A stretch of 64,000 nucleotides of DNA from Eukaryota sp. GEM-RC1 (GCA_040285855.1 JAUFOQ010000016.1:1860001-1924000); one strand, 5' to 3'; counted from the first letter of the stretch, positions 1 through 11,994 are shown. Made by a program: numbers and translations. Notes: generated from the sequence alone by a model not told the origin.

Positions 1-1218
1 TGGGTCTTATCAAAGTCGAGGCATCGCAGTATTTAACATTATTTGAAAAAGCCAAAACCCTTCTCCTAGACTCTCTCTACGATCAATTCACTTTACCCTG
101 GTCATTAAACCTCTTTTCAACCACTACTTCTCCTTCAAAGATCCCTTTGGATTGGTACCTCTGGACATTGACTAAAGTTGACCAATATTATTCTCAATTT
201 CACCAAAATCTTTCACTTTTATCTTCTTGTTTCATGGACGTTGTCTCTCATCATTCGTCATCTTCTTTATCACCTATTTCTCTCTCTCCTTCTTCATTTC
301 TCTCTTTAAGTTCAGGAGTTAAAGGAGAGTTCTGTATTTGGTTGGCTCTTTGTTTGATAAGTTCTTGGAAATGTAGTACTGAATGGAGTTTCGAAAGCTT
401 TTCCGCCTGCTTTGAAGCTCTTGATTTGAGTGAAACTAACCCCGTTGAAATGTTGGAAGCTGTGAAGGAATTGAAGACAAATTCAAAATTAAAAGAGTTT
501 TATTTTAAATTTAATTCAGAATTTATTGTTCCTGAGATGTTGAAAAAGCTTATTGGTCTTGAAAGTAAGGTTAAAGACATGGAAACTAGAGTGACTGGTA
601 TGGAAAAAAGGGAAAAAGAAAAGGAAGTTGTGATTAGAAAACTTGAACAAAGGGAAAAAGAAAAAAGAAGTTGTGATTAGAAAACTTGAAGAAGGGAAAA
701 GAGAGCTTGAAAAAAGCAAAAGGGAACTAGAACTAAGGGAGAGGAGAAGGGCCACTGTTAGATTCAACCCTGACTATTGTCAATCAGGGTTTACATTGTC
801 AGAGAACAACAAGAGAGTGAAACAAACTGGATCTAATGGTTGCGTTGAGATTGACATCAATAACCAAACATTTGACAAGTTATCGAATATTTTCAGCTTT
901 AAGTTGTTTTGCGTTAAGCGATGCAATGGATCAGTATTTGGTTTCAAGTCAAAGTCATCGCATGATAGTTTCGTGGGAACATCCACGGGAGATCATTGGT
1001 TTTGGGTAGATGGAGATCCACTTTATGATCCTTGGACTCCAAAAGAACCTCGTATCAACATTACAACTGGGGAATGGTTAACCTTCACTATTGATAATGG
1101 AAAGATATTCGTACGTCCCAGTAACTCTTCACAAACTTATTCTGCATCTATACCTGGTATGGCTTTCTACCTACTTTTACGACGGCCAAATAATGAATGG
1201 AAAATAGAACACATGTGA
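1..1218 (+). CDS. Coiled-coil protein with possible C-terminal SPRY/B30.2-like domain; 5' end probably outside the window; frameshifted
   Basis: ORFs 147-680 and 643-1218 join at the A-run near 662-667, inside a 42-bp (14-aa REKEKEVVIRKLE) tandem repeat whose second copy has one extra A. The C-terminus begins F..GFTLSENNKRV, resembling SPRY/PRY starts. Confidence 0.4.
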
Positions 1219-1413
1219 TAAGAGATTTACTATTTTCTGCATTTTAATGATGAATACAAGATTTAAATAGAGCACAGTGAAGTAATTAAATAAGCAATAT
1301 ACAGTCCGAATTTCGAAGTAACCAGTAGCCTTAATATAATCAGAACAAATGAAGAAACATTGAATATACTACAGAATCAACAAAAGAATCATCTCGACCT
1401 GAGAAACAACGGC

Positions 1414-2791
1414 TCACAGATCCACAGTAGGCTTAATATATCGATTAAACAAGCTCTGAGATTGAACGCTCCAATTAGGTTCCTCAATTGAGATGACGTT
1501 TGTCCTCCTTTTAACTTCATTTTGGTAATTATCAGGAGTAATTCGTAGAACAAATACCTTTGAACCCAACAGCACCCTACTCAGAATAGACTCATACCTA
1601 TTTAAATCACTAACCTTAACTTCGGCCAATTCCTCAGCTGAAACACCCAACAAAGACTCCACAGCCTCATCAAAAGCAGTGGCTGGGATCGTGTTAGAGT
1701 GGTCAGCTATTAGCAGCCTAGCCATGAATCTTTTTAACAGGTGTTTGAACTCCACACCTCTGACAAGCTGACTCCTCCCCTTCAGTCACTTCCATCTTCT
1801 TCTTGCATTGAGGGCAAGCTGGGTACCAGAGGTCAGCATCGTCATCTCTACCCACTGACCTGATCTCAGAAAGAAAAGCCAAGACTCTGACAAACTTAGC
1901 TTCAGTAAAGCCCATTTCTTTAGTAAATATATCATCAACATCTACTTCCAACGTGATACTCTTTTTCTTTACAACCTCTCCAATAGAAGTAACTAAAGGC
2001 TCAGTTCCAGTAAGGTTAGACCCCTCACTAACCCAAGTGAAAAGAGGTTGAGAACTAGACCACGAAGGCTTGGCTTTCTTGAATCGAGAGGAACTAACAA
2101 AAGAAAGTTGGAGAGAGTTTTTAAAGGAGGATACTCTAACTCGATCAATCTTGGCAACGTCACCCACTTCAAACAAGGAATCAAAGTCAACAACAGCTTT
2201 CCCCCAGATAGTAATAGGAACTTCGGTACCAGTACCAGAAGACTCAGGGAGAGTTGAAGAATCACAGACGATGACGTCTAACTTCTGAACTGCTTTCCCG
2301 TACTTCTGGGACATTACTTCAGAGGGAAGGTCTTTTGATTTGATTACGACAAGCACGTCAACAAGATCTCCTGTTGTAATGGTAGGAAGGTCAGCAAGAG
2401 GGGTGGTGGAAGAACTTGAAACAGAGGGAATATCGTCAGCTGGAGGACCAGAAAAGGACTCAATGACAGTTTGTCCAGTTGTAGTAATTTCATAGTCATG
2501 ACCAGTGGTATTGTAGCGAGGATCAGCCATTTTAACTCGGGGATTTGTCAGACGATACACTTGGTCTTCTTCAATGAGGTTACAGAAGCGGTCAGCATCC
2601 GCTCCAAAAGAGGTTACTTTGATTTCAGTGCCTTGGCTATCCTTGCCATGGAAAGAGAAGACAGAATTTGGTTTTTGGGATGAAGTTATGGCACGAAGAG
2701 CGTGTTTTTCAGAGACTCGGATGAGAATATTTACACGTTTGTTTGTGAAGCTTGTTAGGTCTGAAAGAGGGGTGAAGTCGAACTGAGTCAT
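1414..2791 (-). CDS. RPA1: Replication protein A 70 kDa subunit (OB folds, C4 zinc ribbon); one frameshift near 1733
   Basis: OB-fold motifs, WYPACPQCKKK...CQRC, then DHS...TAFDEAVESLLGVSAEEL in the next frame. The break lies in an A5 run. ATG at 2791. Confidence 0.9.
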
Positions 2792-3761
2792 TTTTCTAAT
2801 AAAGAGGAAGAATTGTTGCCAAAACAATTATATTAATTTCCGTTTATCTGATGACAAGTAAAAGGACGGTTGTTGATGTGATTACTGTGGATGTTTTCGG
2901 AAAAAGTGCATTCAAGGAAACTAAAAGTCAATCTCCACTTGGTTTTTCAGAACAATACTCAAACATACTAGACATGTTGAGTCCAATTTGTGTCCTTTGC
3001 AGATTCAATTTATGGTCGACTTGGTAAAGATGTTCTTTGTTTTCTCTAGGATTTTGAGAAAGTTGTCACAAAAAGAATGAACAAGAAATTTGAATTTATG
3101 TTTTGGTTGAATTGTATTATTTTTACAATATTTAAAACTATTCCTAGTATGACTTTAAACGATTTCGGAAAAATCTAAAAACAGAGGATGAACAAACGTT
3201 TTGATCATATGTTATGGTTGAATCAGATCAGTTTTACTGTTCTTAGAACAATTCCCCTAATCATCTCCAAACACCTGTGTTTAGATGAAAGTATATAAAT
3301 ACTGTTTTAATTTTGTTTTTGAATATATCAGCCACACTTTAGATAGATTTTCATCTGTATTGAGTTATCTGTATTGAGTTGTCTGCTGAGATTTTTTGCA
3401 GAGTTGTTTATGACTTTCAATGAATCCGAAAAAACATATTATTTCTATTCGATCACCAGAAATTCGAAAAATTAGCATTTGTTGAAGGTAGAACTATTGT
3501 CATGAATGATATTACACACCGGAAAACTTTTGATTGGAATTAATACTTAAGAACTAAAGTTCAAATACAAGTCAAAAAATAGAAAAAAAACACTTGTCAT
3601 TAAATTTAATTAAAAAGAACTTGAAGATTCAAAAAAAGACGTCGAGCAAACTGAAAGCACTGTTAGTATAAACAAAAGATTAAATATAAACACAACACAA
3701 AGAACCCGACCTCTAACAAATATCCTCAAAGAAAAGAAGTCCCTTCATTACAAGCACTTTC

Positions 3762-5071
3762 TTAGGACTCAGAAAATCCTTTTACGGCATCATAGACAAA
3801 ACCGGCATTGTTCTTAATACAAAACTCTTTGGCAATTAGAAAACTATCAAATTTGACTGGTAGAAACTTCCCAAAAAGTCGATGATTGAGTTTCCCTTCC
3901 CAAACTTGAACAGGATTCTTCCCCTCCCCCCATTGAATCTTATTTTCAACCAAATTTTTAAATTTTCGCATCCCCTTCAAACCTCCTTCCGCATATATAA
4001 ACACTAAATTGCACACACCTTCAATGTCACTTTCTATCGTCATACCTACTCCACTCACCCACCACTCGTGAGCCTTGGCAACGACCTTGAATCTATTATG
4101 CCCATCGTCAAAGTCCTTAAGTTTATAAACAACTGCTTCTACAGCTTCAGTTGCCAGCGCATCTTTCTTAACTTTCTCTTTCCTCTTCTCCTTCTTCTCT
4201 TCCTTAGATAACTGTTGAGCTGCATTACGTTCATGATGGACAAGTTTCCGTTCTTGGATATCAGCAAGAGCAGCCATTGCAGTTAAAGTTGGATTATGAA
4301 CAGCCTTGGCACTTTCAACCAAGGAACGATTGTGTAGAGTAATCCTTTGTTTCTCAGGATCAGCAAGTCCTAGCAAAACAAGCTTCTGCTGCTCTTCTGC
4401 ACGTTCCTGCCTAGCTTTCTTCCTTTCCACTCTTCGTTCCTTCTTTGTCAGGTAATGAGGAACTTCCTTAGTGTCTTTCCCACTAGATTCAAGAGGAAAG
4501 GGAAGAGGGAGAGTGTTGGTGATGGGGGAAGTGTCGATATAAGGTGAGATATCTTGGGGGAAGGTTTCACATTGTGGTAGGAAAGTTTTATCCCACCAAT
4601 TAATAGGAGGATTTAGAATAGACGAGAGATAGTCTGACCAAGCTTTGGACTGGACTTTAGACTTGTCAACTTTAGCCACGTCGTATCCTAAGGAGAGTGC
4701 TTTTTCTAGAGTTGATTGCTCACGTTCTGAGGACAGTTGGGTTGAGATAGATCCTGGTTGAAAGAAGGATAGAGACTTTGGCTTAGAGATATGCTTAGAC
4801 TCCTCGACAAGTGCATCTAAGTCAAGACTGATAAGGGAAGGTTTTGAGGGTTGAGATGGTTGTTGTTTGAGAACTTCAGAAGCTTGCTCTAGTAAAGAGT
4901 CGATATCATCAAGTCCTAGAAGGGCGTCTTCGTCGATTGGGGGAGGTTCTTTTTGTATTTACCAAGAACAAAAAGATCCGGTGAACGAGGACGAGCATTG
5001 TACTCTGGGGAATAGCGTCGAGGTCTTTTAGGATGTTGAGAAGATGATCGTCGGCTTCGTCGACTGTTCAT
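3762..5071 (-). CDS. PRP3: U4/U6 snRNP protein Prp3; one frameshift near 4952
   Basis: PINWWD, YLTKKERR, HHERNA, RFKV..A, EGG.KGMRKFKNL...IQW and VWEG motifs. The frame continues upstream of 4679 to an A-run at about 4950-4954, then to an ATG at 5071. Confidence 0.88.
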
Positions 5072-5410
5072 TCATGTCTAAGAAAAAGTTTGTAGTTTCT
5101 CTGAATTTCTGATCTTCTTAACCGGAGTTTAACACGAACGTCAGTGTTGTCCTTTTACAGTGTCAATACACGGTCGTCTAGGAAAGAGTACAGTACACAA
5201 AAATTTAATACGATTTTCGAATAATCAAACAAACGTTCCTGATTGGAATCATGACAGACACGCCATCTATGAAGTTGACAACATTCCTCCAATTTTTATA
5301 TGGCGTAACGGTACTTAATTGATTGTTTTCACAAAAATTACAGAAAAGAGAATCATGTAATTGTGATTCATGTTATTACACGTACCTAGACTGGTTCTTA
5401 TTACAGTAGT

Positions 5411-6410
5411 AGAATTCCTGTTGGTGTAACAGAAATTCAGCAGAGAAGCATTTTCTCTTTGCCTTTGTGTGTTCGCAAGTTACAGAAGAAGTTTGTTTTG
5501 TTTCACGAAAGCTTGGACTTTAAAAACCGTATTAGCTTGGCTAAGACTAAGAGTCCCGCTTTTTGTGCATTTTTGAATGATATTTCTTCAAGCGCTGCGT
5601 CTTCATTTGTTTCTCGTTTGCCAAGAATTTTTTGTTTTAATCTTAAGGATCATGAATGGCTTATAAACATGAGACTTAGGTTAGGTTTATGGCCTTCAGG
5701 TCTTTTGAAGCATTCTCCATGTCTTTGTGGTCGTTCAAAGGCTTCAAATTTTCATCATTTAGTTAACTGCCATCAATTTATTCATTTTCGATCAATAATC
5801 CACAACAGTATCCGGGATACATGTTTGGATATGTTTAAGGCTAATGGTTTTCATGGAACAATTGAACCTTTACTTGCTAATCTTTCTGATCAGCCAAAAG
5901 TTGATAGAAGTCGTGGTGATTTGATTGGTCCTTGGTTATCTTGTCAGGAAATTATTATGGATTTCACGACTGTTGATCCTTGTAATTCAAGATCAATATC
6001 CAAAATATTTGAAGATGATTTTTCTGCTCTTGAAGTGGCTGAAAAAGGAAAAAATACAAAGTACTGTCACTTAATTAACCAATTGAATGTTGACAGGTAC
6101 AATTCTTTTGTGTTTCAACCTTTTGCGATGTCGATATACGGTAATATTGGACCAGCTGCACAAGGTTTTTTAACCTCCTTTGGTAAATTGTGTTCTGAGT
6201 ATGGTAAAGTTTTCAATGAAAATTTTTGGTTGAGTAGGTTAACGTTTGCGTTGTTTCGTTCAATGCACAGATATTTTAATTCAATTTTAGGTAAGTTGTT
6301 CGGTGATGGACAGAAGGATCATAGTTTAGATACTTTAGTTAGTGTCTGTTAGTTATTAACTTCTGCAAATGCATTTATTTCAATGACTGATCATAAACCC
6401 CGTTTTAATT
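5411..6410 (+). mobile_element. 5'-truncated non-LTR retrotransposon (RLE type, CRE/R2-like C-terminus) with 13-bp TSD
   Basis: ORF 5459-6352 has RLRLG, a CLCG..H...C zinc knuckle, HNSIRD, IEP, RGD..D, AEKGKNTKY and FQPFA...G. Direct repeat TTATTACAGTAGT at 5398-5410 and 6411-6423. Confidence 0.85.
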
Positions 6411-6763
6411 TTATTACAGTAGTTCATTTCATTACTATGCATACTCTGAACTTAGAGGATCTTACAATGCTGTAGATAATGTCTAGTTTAAGCATTTGAG
6501 TTGAAAAGTTCATATTATACGATGTTATTGATACCTTATGTTTTAGACAACAACTGCAGAATAGTTCCTACAAAATCACGATTGAAACTATTGTTCACCA
6601 CTACTGTAAACAGTTTGATTATACACAATGACACTAATGACTCTTTACTGAAATCTATATTTAGCACACATAGGTCTCACAAGTTGAATACATAGATCAA
6701 GACTATTAGTGTAGACAAGAACAAAGAACCATAAATATTGTTACATTTATATAGAAGCTATGA

Positions 6764-7225
6764 CTAGTTTGATCCAGCTTTTGGTATAGGAACTCTGGGA
6801 GGAACTTTCTCAAACCTGGAAATCTTAAATGGCTTCTTACATTCAGAAGCCTGCTTTGAATGACAATCATGTCCAACAGAAGCTTTAGTGTGCTTTATGA
6901 GGAGCTTTTTAGAAGATGCATGAGAAGAACAAGTATTAGACTCTGTTTGATAACGAAATTGAAGGATGTTCTTCGTTTCCAGCGGATCTGAACCAGGGTT
7001 TTTAACACCAAACATTTGGTCGGAGTTCTTTGCTGGACTTTGATGCTTTTTTGTGCGACGTTTTGACGACACAGTGGGTACGTTTTCAGTGTTTAGTATA
7101 CATGATTGGGTTGACTCGAAATCATTTTTAACACGGCGAGAAGGACAACCAAAGACATTGTCTGGTAAGTCGAAAGTGCATGGTTTACTTTTGCCTATTT
7201 CGGCTGTTGTTAAGAGAGGATTCAT
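6764..7225 (-). CDS. CFAP77: Cilia/flagella-associated protein 77-like
   Basis: N-terminus MNPLL..AEIGKSKP..FDLP...FG and C-terminal FKISRFEKVPPRV resemble the CFAP77 family. Confidence 0.65.
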   Translation of the reverse strand: MNPLLTTAEIGKSKPCTFDLPDNVFGCPSRRVKNDFESTQSCILNTENVPTVSSKRRTKKHQSPAKNSDQMFGVKNPGSDPLETKNILQFRYQTESNTCSSHASSKKLLIKHTKASVGHDCHSKQASECKKPFKISRFEKVPPRVPIPKAGSN

Positions 7226-7316
7226 TGACTAGGAGGATGACAATTTTTTCTTGTACGGGAATCGCTCTCAATTTCATTCTTGCATCCGTCAATGTTGCTC
7301 ATGACTTCCCTTTACC

Positions 7317-8645
7317 ATGATGTGTGTTATGAACACACACAGCAACAACAAAAGATTATCGTCCACACTCAAACCATATGATGTCCCTCTGAAACAATGT
7401 AGATCTTCAATAGGTCCACTCGCTGAACTTCGAGGTTCACGGTCATCATCCTTACCCATCCCATCATGTGCCATCACCGAGTTGCATTCCAGCACAGTCA
7501 TTGAATACTACGAGATCATGGACAGTGATGATTTCTGCCCAATACCCCGTCTCAATTCACGGCTTTCCTCCGATCGTCTGACAGTGATGAGTCATGCCGA
7601 CCGGTGTCCTGTCTTTCACGGATACATATACGATTGGTCATTTGAACAGGCAACCCACAGAATCTTTGTAGCCCTCTACCAATGCAATTCCCTCCCTCCC
7701 CATTTCCATGCCCCCTCTTCAATCAAATGGGTTCTTCTAGGATCCCCTAGCTCTGACTACTCCTGCTACCACGAAGAGAACCTCTCCATACTCTCTAAAC
7801 CCTCTCTACGTCCTCCTATCTCTTCCTTCATGTCTGAGTTGGTCCTGTTCACCTTCCAACAATACTTTGAAGACGGTCTTCTCTCCCCATCGCGATCTCT
7901 TCTCTCTGATCCCTACTGGCCTGCCACCATCCCTAAGCTAAGAACTATGCTAGTTGATTGGGTTATGGAACTATCCTCAGTAATCCGTCTCAAGAAGGAA
8001 TGTTTCTATCACGCGATTGAGCTCATTGACAAGGTAGTTCGAGCTTCAACCACTGATTACAACATTTGTCCAAAGAGTAGTAAGTTCCAGTTAGTCTCAT
8101 CTGCTTGTCTTTTCATTTCAACAAAGCTAGTTCAACCAGATAGTAGTCTCATACTGTTTGAGAATCTAACGGAGTCGCTGATTAGTAAAGAAGAGCTCAT
8201 GGTTATGGAAGGTATTTTGCTGAGGATTCTGGATTGGAGGCTGCGTTTCCCAACGATTTTCAATGTCCTTGATGATTTGATTTCTCTAGGTGACGTGATT
8301 GGGCTCAAGAGACGTCATGATCTGTCTATCAGGGTCTATGCCTTGTTGGATTTAGTTGTTGTTCATGAGATGTATCCTCGATTTGACAAGATTTGTCTAG
8401 CTCTAGCAATCATCAACTCTTTTGAACCTGATTTTGTCGACAGTCTCTTAAAGTCAGACCAACTTTCCTTGAATAACGATCTCTTCCACCCAATCACCCT
8501 AGTTGATTCAATTGTTCTAGAGTATACCGAGTTTCTTAAACCTTTGATTGTCTTGAGTCCCTTGGCTAGAACTAGGAATGTAGAGATTCAGGGATATATA
8601 GGTGAATCTGTTTATGAGTTGGTTAACAAGAAACAAAAAGTTTAG
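7317..8645 (+). CDS. Cyclin-family protein
   Basis: Cyclin box LRTMLVDWVMEL...AIELIDK...FQLVSSACLFISTK...MEGILLRILDWRLRFPT. Confidence 0.85.
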   Translation: MMCVMNTHSNNKRLSSTLKPYDVPLKQCRSSIGPLAELRGSRSSSLPIPSCAITELHSSTVIEYYEIMDSDDFCPIPRLNSRLSSDRLTVMSHADRCPVFHGYIYDWSFEQATHRIFVALYQCNSLPPHFHAPSSIKWVLLGSPSSDYSCYHEENLSILSKPSLRPPISSFMSELVLFTFQQYFEDGLLSPSRSLLSDPYWPATIPKLRTMLVDWVMELSSVIRLKKECFYHAIELIDKVVRASTTDYNICPKSSKFQLVSSACLFISTKLVQPDSSLILFENLTESLISKEELMVMEGILLRILDWRLRFPTIFNVLDDLISLGDVIGLKRRHDLSIRVYALLDLVVVHEMYPRFDKICLALAIINSFEPDFVDSLLKSDQLSLNNDLFHPITLVDSIVLEYTEFLKPLIVLSPLARTRNVEIQGYIGESVYELVNKKQKV

Positions 8646-8765
8646 TGAAAGTTGTTGATTGTTTTGTAGGGTTTTTAAATCCTCAAAAATATAAATATTG
8701 TGTTCTTTATTGTTTAAAAAACAGTGCACACCATATAGTACAATCAAAAGACTCTCCAATCAGAT

Positions 8766-9584
8766 CTATCTACTAACAATTCTTCCACACAGCTCAAACA
8801 TTCTAATAGTTTTCTCATTCTTGCAATCGTTAGTCAAACCAGGATTCTCAATACTAGCTAACAACAACTCAATGCATTCTCTTCGTTCTTCTTCACTCAA
8901 ACCACAAGAATCAATAAAACATGATTTAACAAGAAGAATAGGGAGTCGAATGTCGTCTGTAGAGAAGTTGAGCTGTGCTCCTTCAACTACGTCTTCAGCG
9001 AGTTCTTTAGAACAAGAGAAGTCGAGGGTGGTCAAACATTGGTGGAACTCAACTGATTCCATGTCAATGATCTTCCACTTGCTACCTCCAAAGAGACAGA
9101 AGTGAGAGGGATTAAAGGAAGTGAGAGAGCAGTCAGCAGAGTAGAGAAAGAGCCATAGGGAAGTTAACTGGAGAGTCATTACATCAGCAGACATTCCATG
9201 TCTAAGTTTGGGGTCAGAAGAAAGTTTCTCTGAAAGAAGTAGACCACCTCTTTCTATAACAAGAAAGTATGAATTGAGGTCTTCTTCGTACCAGTGATCT
9301 AGCATATTGGCGACATATTGAGATCGAAGAGAGGAAAAGAGTTTTACTTGGTTGTTATAACAGGACTCGCTCTCTATACGTTTAACAAAGACAGGACGAT
9401 TTGTAAAGGGATGGGAGCTTTTCTTATCAACTCCAGCTACGATGTATTGAGAGTCGGTAAAGTCTTCAAAAAGATGATAACGCTTTTTTAACAGACCAAC
9501 AGGAGCTGAAAGAGTTCTAGTTCGTGAAGGAGAGGATGGTGGATTGGTGTACATCCAGCTTTGGTTGGATTGAGGAGGTAACAA
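8766..9584 (-). CDS. Divergent protein-kinase-like protein (probable pseudokinase); start uncertain
   Basis: VFVK, VANMLD, YFLVIERGG and WKIIDME are present. The catalytic-loop HRD is replaced (LTSFNPSHF). Confidence 0.55.
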   Translation of the reverse strand: MLPPQSNQSWMYTNPPSSPSRTRTLSAPVGLLKKRYHLFEDFTDSQYIVAGVDKKSSHPFTNRPVFVKRIESESCYNNQVKLFSSLRSQYVANMLDHWYEEDLNSYFLVIERGGLLLSEKLSSDPKLRHGMSADVMTLQLTSLWLFLYSADCSLTSFNPSHFCLFGGSKWKIIDMESVEFHQCLTTLDFSCSKELAEDVVEGAQLNFSTDDIRLPILLVKSCFIDSCGLSEEERRECIELLLASIENPGLTNDCKNEKTIRMFELCGRIVSR

Positions 9585-9729
9585 TTCTCGCTACATTAGT
9601 TATTCAATGCCATGGGCGCTTCTACATGTAGTTCTTTAAGACCACTGATTTGAACTCGTCTCTCTGTGTTAAGGTCGCAGAAAGTGTACTGATATCGGCA
9701 CAAACTAAGTTAGGATATCACCATCCTCT

Positions 9730-11592
9730 ATGACTGACTTCGCTCCTCTAGAAGACTATGCTATTATTGGAGACACATACTCATGTGCTATCATCAACCA
9801 AAACACTTGCTCTATAGACTTTATGTGTTTACCTTATTTTGACTCTCCTTCAGTCTTCTGTTCCTTACTCGACTCCAAAATTGGTGGACATTGGCAGATA
9901 TCACCTCTTTCTCAGTCTTTCAAAACAAAGTCGATATACCACTTCAACACCAATGTTCTGCTTACACGTGTTGTTGTGGACGGTGGCTTAGCTGAGATCA
10001 GTGATTGGGCTGCGATCTCTGCTGATTCTAATCATCAATCAAAGTTCTTTAGATTCATTAGAGTCTACACTGGCCAAGTTACTTTCCAATCAGAAATGAA
10101 GCCAAGGTTTAACTACGCACAGGATCCCCACTCAACTGAGAAACAAGGGAAGTACAAGGTAATTTGTCGATCATCCACACTAGATCTTGCTCTCTTCTCC
10201 ACTCACCCTCTTGTAGTTGATGACGATACCTCTTCAATCAAATCTGTATTCACTTTGACTGACGGTGATTGTGCTGGATTCCTCTTGACTACTGACACAT
10301 CACGAGACCAATCACAGTCGTCACCTTCTCTTTCCTTCTCTGAGATCCAAACCTCTCTACAGTTCACCATAAACTTCTGGCAAAGCTGGATCTCCAAGGC
10401 TAAATACAATGGAAAATACAGAGAAGCCGTTCTAAGAAGTGCCTTGCTACTCAAACTACTCATCTTCTCTCCTACTGGTGCTGCCATTGCCTCCCCTACA
10501 TTTGGACTTCCTGAATGTGTAGGAGAGGATCGTAACTTCGATTATCGATACTGTTGGCTTCGCGACTCTGCCTTTGTTCTGTACGCTCTGTTAAGACTAG
10601 GATTCACTGAAGAAGCTAACCACTTCATTGTTTACTTAGAAAGGATCATTGATGAAGCAGAGGACTGTGATGGCTGTCTTAAACTAGTACCAGTTTACGA
10701 CATTTGGGGTAAAGAAATACCTGAGGAACAAGAGTTAAGTCATTTAGAAGGGTATAGAAGGTCAAAACCTGTTCGCATTGGAAATGAAGCTAAACATCAG
10801 TATCAACTAGACATCTATGGGGAAATTCTTGACTGTATTTACTTGGCTAATAAATGGTCAGCTCCAATTGGGTACGATACATGGGTAAAGGTTAAGAAGC
10901 TTTCCAGGTATGTTATTAATAACTGGAAGAATCCTGATAATGGTATTTGGGAACCTCGTGGAAGTCAAGAGAAGTCTGCTGTTCAACATTACACGTCATC
11001 CAAGATGATGTCATGGGTCGCTCTTGATCGTTGTATTAGAATGGCGGAGAAAAGAGGATTACCACTGGATTTTCAGTTGTATAAGTCTGTTCGTACTGAC
11101 ATTTACGAAGATGTTATGAATAATGGATATAACCACCAACTGAAGATCTTTACTTCAAGCTATGGTAGTTCCACCTTGGATGCTTCAGTTCTATTAGCAC
11201 CCTTGACTTTCTTTGTTTCTGCCCAAGACAGCAGACTTATAAGTACAATTGAAGCTATATTGAAACCTCCTAGGGAAGGTGGTTTGTTTGTGGATGGTTT
11301 AGTATACCGCTATAACCAAAAGCAGTTTCACGATGGTTTCGCTCCTTGCGAAGGCACGTTCTTCTTGTGTTCGTTTTGGCTAGTTGAGTGTTTAGCCAGG
11401 AGGTCTGTTACTGATAAGGCAAGTTTAGCGACTGCTCAGTTGATCTTGGAAAAACTCTTGTCTTTCAGTAATTCAGTTGGACTTTATTCTGAGGAAATGT
11501 GTTCTGATGGATTTGTAGGGAATCTATGTCAAGCTTTAACACATTTAGCACTTATTTCTGCTTGTTTTAATATTGACAGATATACATCTTAA
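9730..11592 (+). CDS. Glycoside hydrolase family 15 (trehalase/glucoamylase-like)
   Basis: LEDYAIIGD, RNFDYRYCWLRD, VRIGN, QLDIYGE, PDNGIWE, LDAS, EGTF..CSFW, GLYSEE and GN..QALTH motifs. Confidence 0.92.
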   Translation: MTDFAPLEDYAIIGDTYSCAIINQNTCSIDFMCLPYFDSPSVFCSLLDSKIGGHWQISPLSQSFKTKSIYHFNTNVLLTRVVVDGGLAEISDWAAISADSNHQSKFFRFIRVYTGQVTFQSEMKPRFNYAQDPHSTEKQGKYKVICRSSTLDLALFSTHPLVVDDDTSSIKSVFTLTDGDCAGFLLTTDTSRDQSQSSPSLSFSEIQTSLQFTINFWQSWISKAKYNGKYREAVLRSALLLKLLIFSPTGAAIASPTFGLPECVGEDRNFDYRYCWLRDSAFVLYALLRLGFTEEANHFIVYLERIIDEAEDCDGCLKLVPVYDIWGKEIPEEQELSHLEGYRRSKPVRIGNEAKHQYQLDIYGEILDCIYLANKWSAPIGYDTWVKVKKLSRYVINNWKNPDNGIWEPRGSQEKSAVQHYTSSKMMSWVALDRCIRMAEKRGLPLDFQLYKSVRTDIYEDVMNNGYNHQLKIFTSSYGSSTLDASVLLAPLTFFVSAQDSRLISTIEAILKPPREGGLFVDGLVYRYNQKQFHDGFAPCEGTFFLCSFWLVECLARRSVTDKASLATAQLILEKLLSFSNSVGLYSEEMCSDGFVGNLCQALTHLALISACFNIDRYTS

Positions 11593-11730
11593 TAGTTGTT
11601 TTGATTTTGATTGCATTGTGTCATGTTCTCTTTAGTGAAGCTGTGTAATAGCATTGAATCACTATACTACTGTTGATGAGGGTGTTCAAACGAATCGAGA
11701 TTGAGTTTGATTTGGAGATCGAATTTCCAA

Positions 11731-11994
11731 ATGACCAAATTCCCTGCTAACAAGTGCAACAACTGTGGATTCGGATCTAAGGCCAACGACTGTGTTAAAT
11801 GTGGAAAGTGGTGTGGTAGTACAAAGATTCCCGCTGTTCTCTGTAACAACTGTGGGTTCGGATCTAAGTCAGATAACTGTGCTAAGTGCAACCGCTGGTG
11901 TGGTTCAACCAAGGTTCCCGCGTTCCTCTGCAATGGTTGTGGTTTTGGTTCCGCTCAATCTAATTGCTGCAAGTGTGGGCGAAGAGCAACATGA
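11731..11994 (+). CDS. PHF5/Rds3-like triple zinc-finger protein (3 x 29-aa repeat)
   Basis: 87 aa with six CxxC pairs; unit TK.PA..CN.CGFGS...C.KC..WCGS occurs three times. Confidence 0.65.
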   Translation: MTKFPANKCNNCGFGSKANDCVKCGKWCGSTKIPAVLCNNCGFGSKSDNCAKCNRWCGSTKVPAFLCNGCGFGSAQSNCCKCGRRAT

